Of a DNA stretch of 64,000 nucleotides, positions 9,137 to 18,707 are shown one piece after another; the stretch's first letter is position 1; every line of letters begins with the position of its first letter. Position numbers and translations under genes: made by a program. Origin of the DNA: Candidatus Krumholzibacteriia bacterium (GTDB lineage Bacteria > Krumholzibacteriota > Krumholzibacteriia > LZORAL124-64-63). The stretch lies in NCBI GenBank assembly GCA_046484865.1, contig JAWOID010000079.1, positions 1-64,000 of the forward strand. The letters are read 5' to 3'. The notes under the pieces are model-generated. The model searched no databases. It saw nothing but the letters and a program-made list of their open reading frames with translations, and was not told the origin of the DNA.

Positions 9137-9433
9137 TCACTCCGGCGCCGCCGCGGACGGCTGCGCCGCGCCGGCGCAGGCAGGCCCGGTCGAGGCACCG
9201 GGCGCGGCGCGGCGTCGCCGCGATGCCCGCCGCTTTTCGGCTGCCGGTTCGGGCGCCGGGGCGGGCTCGGCCAGACGCACCGCCAGCACCAGCGCACCCG
9301 CGAGCAGGAAGCAGCCCAGGTAGGCCGTCGCCGCGCGCACGATCGTCGTCGTCGGTCCGGCGTCCCGCCAGAGACCGACCGCCACCGCGGCCAGGGCCGC
9401 ACAGAGAGCGACGGTGTGCACGATGCGCCTCAT
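9137..9433 (-). CDS. Small two-TM hypothetical protein in the usual flhG position
   Basis: GGAGGG RBS; hydrophobic stretches IVHTVALCAALAAVAVGLW and AYLGCFLLAGALVLAV. Confidence 0.65.
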   Translation of the reverse strand: MRRIVHTVALCAALAAVAVGLWRDAGPTTTIVRAATAYLGCFLLAGALVLAVRLAEPAPAPEPAAEKRRASRRRRAAPGASTGPACAGAAQPSAAAPE

Positions 9434-9467
9434 GGCGCACCCCCTCCGGCGTGATGGTCATCGGGTC

Positions 9468-10643
9468 TCATGCCGTCGCCGCCTCCCGTCGCACCGACGC
9501 CCGGGCGGCGTCGCCACCCAGCATGACGTCCAGCAACCGGCCGCTGGTGGCGATCTCCACCTCGCGGCGATCCCACGGGCCGCTGGCGAGCAACGAGGCC
9601 GGCAGTCCCGCGATCTCCAGCAGGTCCAGGAGCTTGCCCGGCCGACAGCTACGGTCCAGCCGCGTGAAGGCCACCCAGTCGCCATTCCACCGGCGCGCCT
9701 CGGCGCACACCTCGCCGATCTCCGCCGGGTCGCCGTCGAGCGGCAGCACCAGGTGGCGATGCATCGTGGCGTTCTGCCCGACCAGCCCTTGCAGTTCGCC
9801 CGACTCCGCCAGGGCGGGGTCGTGCAGGGGCGGAGTGTCGACGAGCACCACGTCGTAGCGCTCCAGGTGCGGCGTGCTCGCGGCCAGCTGACGCGGCTGC
9901 TTGAGGATGGCCGCGTCGTAGCCGTGCCGGCTGGCCTCTTGCTGCAAGCGCCTGACCTCGCCGCCGTGGCGCGGCAGCAGGCTGAGCACCAGCACGCTGC
10001 GCCCCAGACCTTGCAATCTGGCGGCCACGGCCAGCACCAGTTCCGTCTTGCCCGCCCCCTCGGCACCCAGGAACACATGGCTGCCGCTGATATCGTTCCA
10101 GCTGGCGCCGGAGGTCCGCAAGCCGCTCCCGAGGTGCGCCAGCAGAGCGCTGCGGTCGCCCGGATCGCCGCCGGTCTCGGCGCGGTAGCGCTCGAGCACG
10201 GCCGCGGTCACCGACGTCGACGCGCCGCCGTCGACCAGAGCCTCGACGACCGGACTGCTCGCCACCGCATCACCGGAGCCGCGGCGCCGGTGCTGGTGCG
10301 CGGCGATCTCGTCCACCAGCGCCTCGATGCGTTCCACCTCGCGCACCACGTCCCCGGGCAGGCCTGGTCGGTGCTTGGCGGCCGGAGCGTCGTCAGGCCG
10401 CCGCCCGCCGACCGGAGGCCGTCCGCCCGGGGCGGCCACCGTCACCTCCACGACCCGCTCCTCCCCCAGACCCGCCTGCCGCACCACCGTGCGGCTGCCC
10501 ATCAGCCGCGCGTCCGGGCCGCAGCGCCGGCGCACCAGACGCAGGGCCTGGTCGAGGGTGGGCGCCGCGATCGTGATCGTCGCGTCGTCAGACCGCCGCG
10601 AGCTGCTGGCGCTGCTGCGCTGATCCCGACTGACCGGATCCAT
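9468..10643 (-). CDS. flhF: FlhF-like SRP-family GTPase with degenerate G motifs
   Basis: N-terminal B-domain start (APTLDQALRLVRRRCGPDA, VEVTVA); GAEGAGKT, VLVDTPP, FTRLD; directly after flhA. Confidence 0.75.
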   Translation of the reverse strand: MDPVSRDQRSSASSSRRSDDATITIAAPTLDQALRLVRRRCGPDARLMGSRTVVRQAGLGEERVVEVTVAAPGGRPPVGGRRPDDAPAAKHRPGLPGDVVREVERIEALVDEIAAHQHRRRGSGDAVASSPVVEALVDGGASTSVTAAVLERYRAETGGDPGDRSALLAHLGSGLRTSGASWNDISGSHVFLGAEGAGKTELVLAVAARLQGLGRSVLVLSLLPRHGGEVRRLQQEASRHGYDAAILKQPRQLAASTPHLERYDVVLVDTPPLHDPALAESGELQGLVGQNATMHRHLVLPLDGDPAEIGEVCAEARRWNGDWVAFTRLDRSCRPGKLLDLLEIAGLPASLLASGPWDRREVEIATSGRLLDVMLGGDAARASVRREAATA

Positions 10644-12723
10644 GGATCACCACCGTTCCGGCCGACTGGATCCGGGCGGCAGGCGCCACCTCGGTGTAGC
10701 CCATGACGGCCAGGTTGGGGAACGTCGGCTCGACGAGCCGCTTGACGAAGAAACGGATGGGAGTGGGCACCAGCAGGACCGGCGCCGGGCCCGCCGCGTA
10801 GGCGGCGCGCAGGGTCTGCTCCAGGGCGGCCAGGAACCCCTGCGTGAAGCGCGGATCGATCGCCACGGCGCCGGCATGCTCCGAGTCGCGCGCCGCTTCG
10901 GTCAGCGCCTGCTCGACCCGCGGATCGAGGCTCACCACGTGCACGTGGCCGTCGCTCCCACCGTACAGGGCGGAGATCGACCGGTGCAGCGACTCGCGCA
11001 CCCGCGTGGTGAGGAGATCGACCGAGGCGCCGGTGCCGGCCTGGTTGGCCATGGTCTCGAGGATGGTGACGATGTCCTTGACCGGCACGCGCTCGTGCAG
11101 CAATGCGCGCAGGACGCTGTGCAGCATGCTGATCGGCACCCGGTCGGGAACCAGATCCTCCACCAGCGCCGGCGCGAACTCGCGCACCGACTCGCACATG
11201 TCCTTGACGTCCTGGCGGCTGAGCAGCTCGTCGGCGTGGCTGCGCACGATCTCGGAGAGGTGCGTGGTCAGCACGGCCGCAGGTTCCACGACGGTATAGC
11301 CCTCGGCGTCGGCGGCGGCCTTGCGGTCGCGATCGATCCAGAGCGCGGGCAGGTTGAACGCCGGCTCGGTGGTGGCGACCCCCTCCAGGTCCCCCGCGCC
11401 TGGACGCGTGCTCATGGCCAGCAGCCGGTCCGGCATCAGCTCCGCGCGGGCGATCTCCACGCCCTTGAGCTTGATCACGTAGGCGTTGGCCGGCAGTTGC
11501 AGGTTGTCGCGGACGCGGACCGGGTGCACGAACATCCCCAGTTCCGCGCCGACCTGCCGCCGGATGTTGCTGATGCGCTGCAGCAGGTCGCCGCCGCGCG
11601 TCTCGTCCACCAGCGGAATGAGCCCGTAGCCGATCTCCAGTTCCAGGCGATCGACGACGAAGAGGTCCTCGCCGCGCGGACCCGACGCGGCCTGCGGCTC
11701 GGCGCCTCCATCCTCCTCGATCTGCCGCTCGGTCGCCTCGGCGGCCTCCATGGCCACCACGCGGCGGCTGATGGCGGTACCGCCGACGCCGAGAACCACC
11801 GCCAGGAGCAGGAAGGGCACCGTGGGCAACCCGGGGATGAGTCCCAGCGTCGCCAGGGCGCCGGCCGCGATCTGCACCGCCCGCGTCTGCCGGAACACCT
11901 GCAGCGTCACCGCCTGGCCCAGGTTCAGGGCGCCGCTCGAGCGCGTCACCACCATGCCGGCGCTGGTGGAGACGAGCAGCGCCGGGATCTGGCTGACCAG
12001 GCCGTCGCCCACCGTGAGCACGGTGAAGCGGCCCAGCGCCTCGCTCGCGGACATGCCCAGCTGGAGCATGCCGATGACGAAGCCGGCCGCGATGTTCACG
12101 AGGGTGATGATGATGCCGGCGACGGCGTCACCCCGCACGAACTTGCTGGCGCCGTCCATGGCGCCGAAGAACTCGGCCTCGCTCGTGATCTTCTCGCGTC
12201 GCTCGCGGGCCTGCCGTTCGTTGATCAGGCCCGCGTTGAGATCCGCGTCGATCGCCATCTGCTTGCCGGGCATGGCGTCGAGCGTGAACCGGGCCGCCAC
12301 CTCGGCGATGCGCGAGGAGCCCTTGGTGATGACCATGAAGTTCACCACCACGAGGATGGTGAAGACGATCACGCCGATGACGTAGTTGCCGCCGATCACG
12401 AAGTCGCCGAAGCTCTGGATCATCTGGCCGGCGCTGCCCTTGCCGAGAATCAGGCGCGTGGACGCGATGTTCAGCGACAGACGGAAGAGCGTCATGATCA
12501 GCAGCAGCTGCGGGAAGCTGTTGAACTGCAGCGGCTCCTTCAGGTAGAGCGCCACGAGCAGCACGACCACCGAGAAGGCGATGTTGAACGTGAGCAGCAG
12601 ATCCAGCAGCGGCGACGCCACCGGAACCACCATCAGACCCACGATCACGAGCACCGCCACGGCGCTCATGAGGTTGCTGTTGGCCATGAGCAGGTCGCGT
12701 CCGATCACACGGTCGCTGTCCAC
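10588..12723 (-). CDS. flhA: Flagellar export gate protein FlhA
   Basis: RIAEVAARFTLDAMPGKQMAIDADL, FFGAMDGASKFVRGDA, GDGLVSQIPAL. Confidence 0.97.
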   Translation of the reverse strand: MDSDRVIGRDLLMANSNLMSAVAVLVIVGLMVVPVASPLLDLLLTFNIAFSVVVLLVALYLKEPLQFNSFPQLLLIMTLFRLSLNIASTRLILGKGSAGQMIQSFGDFVIGGNYVIGVIVFTILVVVNFMVITKGSSRIAEVAARFTLDAMPGKQMAIDADLNAGLINERQARERREKITSEAEFFGAMDGASKFVRGDAVAGIIITLVNIAAGFVIGMLQLGMSASEALGRFTVLTVGDGLVSQIPALLVSTSAGMVVTRSSGALNLGQAVTLQVFRQTRAVQIAAGALATLGLIPGLPTVPFLLLAVVLGVGGTAISRRVVAMEAAEATERQIEEDGGAEPQAASGPRGEDLFVVDRLELEIGYGLIPLVDETRGGDLLQRISNIRRQVGAELGMFVHPVRVRDNLQLPANAYVIKLKGVEIARAELMPDRLLAMSTRPGAGDLEGVATTEPAFNLPALWIDRDRKAAADAEGYTVVEPAAVLTTHLSEIVRSHADELLSRQDVKDMCESVREFAPALVEDLVPDRVPISMLHSVLRALLHERVPVKDIVTILETMANQAGTGASVDLLTTRVRESLHRSISALYGGSDGHVHVVSLDPRVEQALTEAARDSEHAGAVAIDPRFTQGFLAALEQTLRAAYAAGPAPVLLVPTPIRFFVKRLVEPTFPNLAVMGYTEVAPAARIQSAGTVVIHGSGQSGSAQQRQQLAAV

Positions 12724-12755
12724 GCATTCACCTCGCGGTCGTCATCGGCCGGCCG

Positions 12756-13811
12756 TCAAGCCTTGCGGAGCCGGTAGACGTAGGCCAGGATCTCGGCCAC
12801 GGACTGGAACAGGCTCTCGGGAACCGGCTTGCCCAGCGGCACCTCGTAGAGGGCCCGGGCCACCGGTTTGTTCTCGATCACGGGCACGCGCGACTCCCGG
12901 GCGATCTTCCTGATGATCCCCGCCAGGTGGTCGGCGCCCTTGGCCACCACGACCGGCGCCGCCGCGCCGCGCTCGTACTTCAGCGCCACCGCCAGATGCG
13001 TGGGGTTGGTGACGACCACGTCGGCCTGCGGCACCGCGGTGAGCATGCGCTTGCGCGCCATCTCCATCTGCAGGCCGCGGACACGGGCCTTGATCTGCGG
13101 GTCGCCCTCCATGTCCTTGCCCTCTTGCTTGATCTCGTGCTTGGACATCTTCAGGCTGTCCTCGTGCTGGCGGCGTTGCCAGAACCAGTCGACGATCGCC
13201 AGCACGAACATCACCGCCAGCAGCCGCGCCACGAGTTGCACGAAGCCGTGCCGGCCTACCGCCAGCACGTCGGGCAGCGCCAGCAGCGGCGTCGCATTCA
13301 TCTCGCCCAGCAGGGAGCGGATCGTGACGAGGGCCAGGAGGCTGAGCACCCCGATCTTCAACAGGTTCTTGACCAGCTCGAAGAAGGTCCGCTTCTGGAA
13401 GAAGCGCTTCATGCCCGTGAGCGGGTTCAGCTTCTCGGGGCGAGGCGCCATGGCGGCCGGCGTCACCTGCAGCCCCACCTGGGCGACGTTCGCCAGCAGG
13501 GCCGCGACCAGGATGGCGCCCACCAGGGGCGCCAGCGCCCACCCGAACACCTGGAGATTCCCCATCAGCAGCAGCTGCAGTCCGGCCGGATTGTCGACCT
13601 GCAGCACGTGCGCTTGACCCAGGAGATAGCTGCCGTTGCGGCCCAGCACGCGGCCGAAGTGACCACCCAGCAGCACCAGCGCGGTCAGGCCGACCGCCAG
13701 CAGCACGGCTGCGTTGACCTCGAGGCTGCGAGCCACCTGGCCGCGCTCGCGCGCCTTCTCGTGTCGCCGGGGTGTGGCTTTCTCTGTCCGCTCGCCGGAC
13801 GACTCCGCCAT
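12756..13811 (-). CDS. flhB: Flagellar export switch protein FlhB
   Basis: ERTEKATP, KDMEGDPQIK, NPTH autocleavage site. Confidence 0.97.
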   Translation of the reverse strand: MAESSGERTEKATPRRHEKARERGQVARSLEVNAAVLLAVGLTALVLLGGHFGRVLGRNGSYLLGQAHVLQVDNPAGLQLLLMGNLQVFGWALAPLVGAILVAALLANVAQVGLQVTPAAMAPRPEKLNPLTGMKRFFQKRTFFELVKNLLKIGVLSLLALVTIRSLLGEMNATPLLALPDVLAVGRHGFVQLVARLLAVMFVLAIVDWFWQRRQHEDSLKMSKHEIKQEGKDMEGDPQIKARVRGLQMEMARKRMLTAVPQADVVVTNPTHLAVALKYERGAAAPVVVAKGADHLAGIIRKIARESRVPVIENKPVARALYEVPLGKPVPESLFQSVAEILAYVYRLRKA

Positions 13812-13843
13812 GACTCACCTCCCTCCGGTCTCGGCCGCCGCGC

Positions 13844-14626
13844 TCAGCGCAGGGCCAGGATCATCCTGCCCAGCGACTCGTCGAGGCCGCCGAGCAGCGC
13901 CAGGTAGACCTCGCGGAAGAACACCAGCGACAGGCCGAACACGGCCAGGCCGGTCGCGATCTTGATGGGAAAGCCCACCACCAGCACGTTGATCTGGGGC
14001 ACCGTCTTGACGATGACGCCCATCGTGGCGCTCACCAGCAGCAGCACCAGCACCACCGGCGCGGCGATGCGCAGGCCGAGCGTGAAGACGCGCCCGTAGT
14101 CCTGCACCAGCAGCCAGGCCCCCGCCGCCGGATCGAGCGGCGCGAAGAGCGGCAGGTCGGTGCCGGTGCGATAGAGGGCGGTGATCAGGACGTGATGCGC
14201 ATCGACTGCGAAGAAGAGCAGCACGGCCAGCATGTAGTAGAGATGCGATAGCACCGAGATCTGGGCTCCGCTCTGGGGGTCGAAGCTGTTCACGATGGCG
14301 AAGCCGATCTGCGTACCCGCGATCTGCCCTGCGTAGCGCACGGTGGTGAAGGCGAGGTTGAGCGCGAACGCCAGCAGGACGCCGACCAGCAGCGAACGGG
14401 CGGCCTCGGCGGCGAGGCTCGCCCAGGTGATCGAGACGCCCCCCGGCGGCAGCGTGGCCGCGACGCTCGGCGCCAGTGCCGCACCCAGGACGCCGGCGAG
14501 CGCCAGTCGCCACACCGCGGGCACCGCGCGCAGATCCAGCAGCGGCAACGTGGCGATCACCACGCCGAAGCGGAGCGTCAGCGCCGCCGCCACCAGGAGC
14601 TGGGTCACATCGAGATTCACCGCCAT
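13844..14626 (-). CDS. fliR: Flagellar export protein FliR
   Basis: AGQIAGTQIGF, FDP, PQINVLVVGFPIKI; GGAGG RBS. Confidence 0.93.
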   Translation of the reverse strand: MAVNLDVTQLLVAAALTLRFGVVIATLPLLDLRAVPAVWRLALAGVLGAALAPSVAATLPPGGVSITWASLAAEAARSLLVGVLLAFALNLAFTTVRYAGQIAGTQIGFAIVNSFDPQSGAQISVLSHLYYMLAVLLFFAVDAHHVLITALYRTGTDLPLFAPLDPAAGAWLLVQDYGRVFTLGLRIAAPVVLVLLLVSATMGVIVKTVPQINVLVVGFPIKIATGLAVFGLSLVFFREVYLALLGGLDESLGRMILALR

Positions 14627-14681
14627 CGTTCGCCTCCCGCGCACCGGTTCCCGGAAGCGGCGCGCCCGCGCATCGGCGGCC

Positions 14682-14945
14682 TCACATGGCGGCGACGCGG
14701 TCGAACATCGCCGTGGTGAACGCGGTGAGCTGGTGGATCATCCACGGCAGCGAAAGCACCATGACGACGAAGACCGTGATGATCTTCGGCACGAAGGTCA
14801 TGGTCATCTCGTTGATCTGGGTGGCCGCCTGGAAGACGCTGATGACGAGCCCCACCACCATGCCCGCCAGCAGCATGGGCCCGGCCACCAGCAGCACCAC
14901 CTGGATGGCCTGCTGCGCGATCTCGATGACGGTCTCGGGGGACAT
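14682..14945 (-). CDS. fliQ: Flagellar export protein FliQ
   Basis: GLVISVFQAATQINEMTMTFVPKI. Confidence 0.96.
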   Translation of the reverse strand: MSPETVIEIAQQAIQVVLLVAGPMLLAGMVVGLVISVFQAATQINEMTMTFVPKIITVFVVMVLSLPWMIHQLTAFTTAMFDRVAAM

Positions 14946-14972
14946 ACCCCCTCCTTTCCGCGGGCGGGCAAC

Positions 14973-15812
14973 TCACTGGAACGCCTGGACCAGCGAACGC
15001 ACGACCAGGAACCAGCCGTCGACCAGCACGAAGAGCAGGATCTTGAACGGCAGGCTGATCAGCACCGGCGGCAGCATCATCATGCCCATGGACATGAGGA
15101 CCGAGGCCACCACCATGTCGATGATCAGGAAGGGCAGGAAGAGCACGAACCCCATCTGGAAGGCCGTCTTGAGCTCGCCGATGACGAACGACGGGATGAC
15201 CACCAGCATGGGCAGCTCCTCCGGCGCCGCGGGCGCCTCGGTCGCCGTGAGGTCGAGGAACAGCGCCACGTCCTTCTCGCGCACCTGGCCCAGCATGAAC
15301 TCCTTCAGGGGCGCCTGCGCCCGGGTGAGGGCTTCCTGCTGGGTCAGCTCGTCGGCCAGGAAGGGCTGCAGCGCGTCCGCGTTCACCCGCTGCAGGACGG
15401 GCGACATGATCACCAGGGTCAGGAACAGCGAGAGCCCGATGATGATCTGGTTGTTCGGCGCCTGCTGCGTGCCGATCGCCTGGCGCAGGAAGCCGAGCAC
15501 GATGACGATGCGGGTGAAGCTGGTCAGCAGCACCAGCAGCGCCGGCGCCACCGAGAGGACCGTCATCAGCAGGACGATCTTCAGCGCGGCGTCCACGCCT
15601 TCGGGAGTGTCGGCGCCGTCGATGCGCAGCGTCAGCGTCGGCCGCTCCGGCGGGTCGCCGGTGACCGGTGCCGTCTGCGGCGCCGCCTCCTGCGCCGCGA
15701 TCCCGGGCGCCGCCAGCAGCAGGACCAGCACCGACAGCGTCGCGACCAGCGCCGCGGCCGCGGCGGTCCGGCGCCGGTAAGGCCTCGCCGTCCGCCGTTC
15801 CTCGTCTCTCAC
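14973..15812 (-). CDS. fliP: Flagellar export protein FliP (start approximate)
   Basis: TSFTRIVIVL, RQAIGTQQAP, ELKTAFQMG, MGMMMLPP, LPFKILLFVLVDGW; start must lie downstream of the sigma54 motif, GTG 15812 chosen. Confidence 0.95.
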   Translation of the reverse strand: MRDEERRTARPYRRRTAAAAALVATLSVLVLLLAAPGIAAQEAAPQTAPVTGDPPERPTLTLRIDGADTPEGVDAALKIVLLMTVLSVAPALLVLLTSFTRIVIVLGFLRQAIGTQQAPNNQIIIGLSLFLTLVIMSPVLQRVNADALQPFLADELTQQEALTRAQAPLKEFMLGQVREKDVALFLDLTATEAPAAPEELPMLVVIPSFVIGELKTAFQMGFVLFLPFLIIDMVVASVLMSMGMMMLPPVLISLPFKILLFVLVDGWFLVVRSLVQAFQ

Positions 15813-15880
15813 TGTCGGTCGCCCGTGCAATCCTGAAAGCCTCCCTGGCCGTGTCCATCCGGACGCGGCGCTCCACTGTC

Positions 15881-15895
15881 GCAAGCGGTGTACCA
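15881..15895 (-). promoter_or_regulatory. sigma54 promoter for fliPQR-flhBAF
   Basis: TGGTAC-ACCGC-TTGC in the fliO-fliP gap. Confidence 0.75.
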
Positions 15896-16063
15896 CGGAG
15901 ATCGGGGGACGGTCTCGCCGCGAGCCGACCCTCGCCGGCCGCGCCGTCCGGTTCCTCGCCAGATCCGATCGGATTCGGACCAGCCGCTGTCAGGACGTGT
16001 CGAGGCCGGCCGGAGAAGATCGGTCAGATCTGCTGAAGCGAACACCGGCCGTGGAACCAGACG

Positions 16064-16176
16064 CGCAGTGGGGCGAGGTGCGGTGAGACGAGGTACGCAG
16101 TGGGGTGAGGTGCGGTGAGACGAGGCGTGCGGTGAGACGAGGCGTGCGGTGGGACGAGGCGTGCGGTGGGACGGGC
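16064..16176. repeat. Intergenic tandem repeat (17-bp core GTGCGGTG(A/G)GACGAGGC)
   Basis: Two ~32-bp units CGCAGTGGGG(C/T)GAGGTGCGGTGAGACGAGG, then three 16-17-bp units GTGCGGTG(A/G)GACG(A)GGC. Confidence 0.85.
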
Positions 16177-16198
16177 GCTCGCCGCGGCGACCGGCCGT

Positions 16199-16669
16199 TC
16201 AGACGGAGCGGCGCGGCGAAGACGCCGCAGCGGCCGCCCGGAACTCGGACGCCCGTCGCAGCCAGGATGCGAGCAGGCTCCGCGCGCCGGCCACCGGACG
16301 GCCTGTCGGTCCCGTCTCGACCGGACGGGCGGCGCGGTAGGCTTCCCACGGCTCGCGCCGCAGCAGCGCAAGGCCCTGCTCGTTGCGATAGACGTAGTGG
16401 ATCTCGTCGCCCAGGCGGACCACGTGGATCTCGCGACGCGGCCCGAGGGGCCAGATCGCCTCCACCCGGGCGGCGCCCGAGCCACGGGCGCCGGGCCAGC
16501 GGCGCAATAGCCGCAGGCAGATCACCAGGAGGCCGAACACGACGGCCATGCCCGCCATGGCCCGCCACCAGCCGCCGCCGGCGGTGTCGAGCAGGGCGGC
16601 CGCCGGGTGGTCGACAGCCGCGGGCGCCGCACCGACGACCGCGAGCACGGCAGACAGCGGCCCCGGCAT
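16199..16669 (-). CDS. fliO: Flagellar protein FliO/FliZ
   Basis: Single TM then LGPRREIHVVRLGDE; between fliN and fliP. Confidence 0.75.
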   Translation of the reverse strand: MPGPLSAVLAVVGAAPAAVDHPAAALLDTAGGGWWRAMAGMAVVFGLLVICLRLLRRWPGARGSGAARVEAIWPLGPRREIHVVRLGDEIHYVYRNEQGLALLRREPWEAYRAARPVETGPTGRPVAGARSLLASWLRRASEFRAAAAASSPRRSV

Positions 16670-16670
16670 C

Positions 16671-17078
16671 TCAGAGCACCCGCTTCAACCGCTCGACACG
16701 GTTGAGCAGCTTGTTGATGCGGACGGCGAAGTGATCGTCCACCACCACCACCTCGCCGGTGGCGAGCAAGGCGCCGTTCACCAGGATGTCCACCGGCTCG
16801 CTGGTGAGCCGCGACAGCTCGATCACCGAGCCCGTGCTGAGGTTGAGCACGTCCCGGAACCGCAGCCGCGCCCGCCCCAGTTCCACGGTGATCTTCAGGT
16901 TCACGTCCAGCAGCAGGTCGAGGTTGCGTGGGTCGCCCACGCTCTCGGCCAGATCGGCGAGGATCGCCTCGGTGCAGTCCTCCGTCCGGATCGCCGTACC
17001 GCCCGGCTCGTGCTCGGGGCTGCCGCCGGAAGCGGTTGCCGTCGCGCTCGGCGTCTCGATGTCGTGCTCGCCTGCCAT
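16671..17078 (-). CDS. fliN: C-ring switch protein FliN
   Basis: LDLLLDVNLKITVELG, GSVIEL, ATGEVVVVDDHFAVRI. Confidence 0.95.
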   Translation of the reverse strand: MAGEHDIETPSATATASGGSPEHEPGGTAIRTEDCTEAILADLAESVGDPRNLDLLLDVNLKITVELGRARLRFRDVLNLSTGSVIELSRLTSEPVDILVNGALLATGEVVVVDDHFAVRINKLLNRVERLKRVL

Positions 17079-17081
17079 TCG

Positions 17082-18122
17082 TCACTCCTCGGGTAGCCGC
17101 TCGATGAGCTTGACCGCGCGGCTCTGTCCCACGCGGCCAGCCTCGCCCAGGTACATGTCTCGTCCCTCCACCTCCACCACCAGCGGTGCATTCACCGACT
17201 GGGGCAGATCCAGGACCTCGCCTTCCTTGAGGTCCAGCAGCCGCTCGAGCGTCAGCTCGAGCTGCCCGAGCTTGACCACGACCTCGCTGGAAGTCCCCTG
17301 CACCAGGCCGAGGATGCGGGAACGGTCCTGCCGCATCTCGCCGGGCGAGCGCATCTCCAGGCCCTGCTCGGGGTCGAAGATGTCCCGGACCGGTTCGAAG
17401 CCGGGCAGCGGGATGCCGATCTCCAGGGGTCCTTCCACGGTGTCCAGCCGCAGCAGGAAGCGCAGCACCGCCATCGTCTCGCCCGCCGGCACGCCGGTGA
17501 TGTAGGACGGGTTGTTCTCCAGCGACACGAACCTCGGCTCGATCGTCACCAGGCGCGCGCAGGCCTCCTGGAAACGCTCGAGGATCCGGGCGCTGAACCG
17601 CGCGAAGATGCCGCGCTCGATCTCGGTGAACTCCCTCAGCCGCTCCTGCGGTTCGGTCTTGCCGCCCATCACCCGCTGCAGGATCACGAAGCAGACGCCG
17701 AGGTCCAGGTGGATCAGCGCGTGCCCCTTCAGCGGGGCCAGGGTGGCGGTGGCGGTGCACGAGGGGTGGGGCAGTTCTTCCAGGTAGTCGCCGACGGAGC
17801 ACAGCCGCACCCCGCGGAACTCCAGTGCGACCGACGTGCGCAGCAGGTTCGTGAAGGAGATGCTCCCGATCTTGGCGAAGTTCTCGGCCACGCTGCGCAG
17901 GTTCTGCTCGAACGGACGCGAGATGGTGTGCGCCCGGTGGAAGTCGAACTTGCGGATGCCGTCGGCGGACTCGTCGGCGTCGGACGCGGCGTCGAGCATG
18001 CGCTCGAGGTCGTCCGCGCCCCGGCGGCCGGCCAGCAGCCCGGCCTCGCCGAGCGCGGCGTCGAGGTCGAGATCGTCCATCAGATCGTCCGCCGGCGCGG
18101 TCCGGAGCCCGTCTTCGACCAC
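17082..18122 (-). CDS. fliM: C-ring switch protein FliM
   Basis: RKFDF, MGG, REFTEIE, LENNP, C-terminal SpoA domain. Confidence 0.9.
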   Translation of the reverse strand: MVEDGLRTAPADDLMDDLDLDAALGEAGLLAGRRGADDLERMLDAASDADESADGIRKFDFHRAHTISRPFEQNLRSVAENFAKIGSISFTNLLRTSVALEFRGVRLCSVGDYLEELPHPSCTATATLAPLKGHALIHLDLGVCFVILQRVMGGKTEPQERLREFTEIERGIFARFSARILERFQEACARLVTIEPRFVSLENNPSYITGVPAGETMAVLRFLLRLDTVEGPLEIGIPLPGFEPVRDIFDPEQGLEMRSPGEMRQDRSRILGLVQGTSSEVVVKLGQLELTLERLLDLKEGEVLDLPQSVNAPLVVEVEGRDMYLGEAGRVGQSRAVKLIERLPEE

Positions 18123-18143
18123 GTGCGCCTCTCCCTGCCAGAG

Positions 18144-18665
18144 CTACTGGATCACCAGGTCCGAGAAGTAGACGTTGCTCAGCGTCCCCTGCGGCAGCTT
18201 CTCCGAGAGGCGCCGGAACAGCTCGTCCCGCAGCGCCTGCTTGCCCTCGGGGGACTGGATCTCCGCCGGCGTGCGCGCCGACAGGATCATGATGGCCGTG
18301 TCGCGCAGCTGGGGCAGCCGCGTCACCGCCAGGTCAGCGACCGACTGGCTGGCGACCTCCACATTGACGTTCGCGCGGAGGTAGCGGGGCAGCTTGGTGT
18401 CGCTCTGCAGGGTGACGATGATCTCCCTGAGGTCCACGAGTACGCCCGTGGCGGCCTCCTCGCCGACGGTGGTCACCGCCGGCGCGCCCGCCGCGGCGCT
18501 CTGGATCCCCAGGCGCGGCACGATGACGAAGTGCGTCAGCGCCACCGCCAGCAGGGCCTGCACCGCCACCATGACCCCCAGCAGGATCACCTTGTTCTCC
18601 AGGAGCGCCGGCTTGCCGTGCTGCTCCTGCTCGGCGCCTTCGCCGTCCTTCTTCTCCCTGGCCAT
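18144..18665 (-). CDS. fliL: Flagellar basal body-associated protein FliL
   Basis: One TM; PQLRD, GKQALRDEL, NVYFSDLVIQ. Confidence 0.92.
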   Translation of the reverse strand: MAREKKDGEGAEQEQHGKPALLENKVILLGVMVAVQALLAVALTHFVIVPRLGIQSAAAGAPAVTTVGEEAATGVLVDLREIIVTLQSDTKLPRYLRANVNVEVASQSVADLAVTRLPQLRDTAIMILSARTPAEIQSPEGKQALRDELFRRLSEKLPQGTLSNVYFSDLVIQ

Positions 18666-18707
18666 GCCGCACTCCTCGCTGCGCCCGCACCGGTCGCGGG
18701 TGCGCCT

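Noticed and set aside
16064..16176. Possible CRISPR array
   Set aside because: Units are contiguous with no unique spacers, and there are no cas genes.
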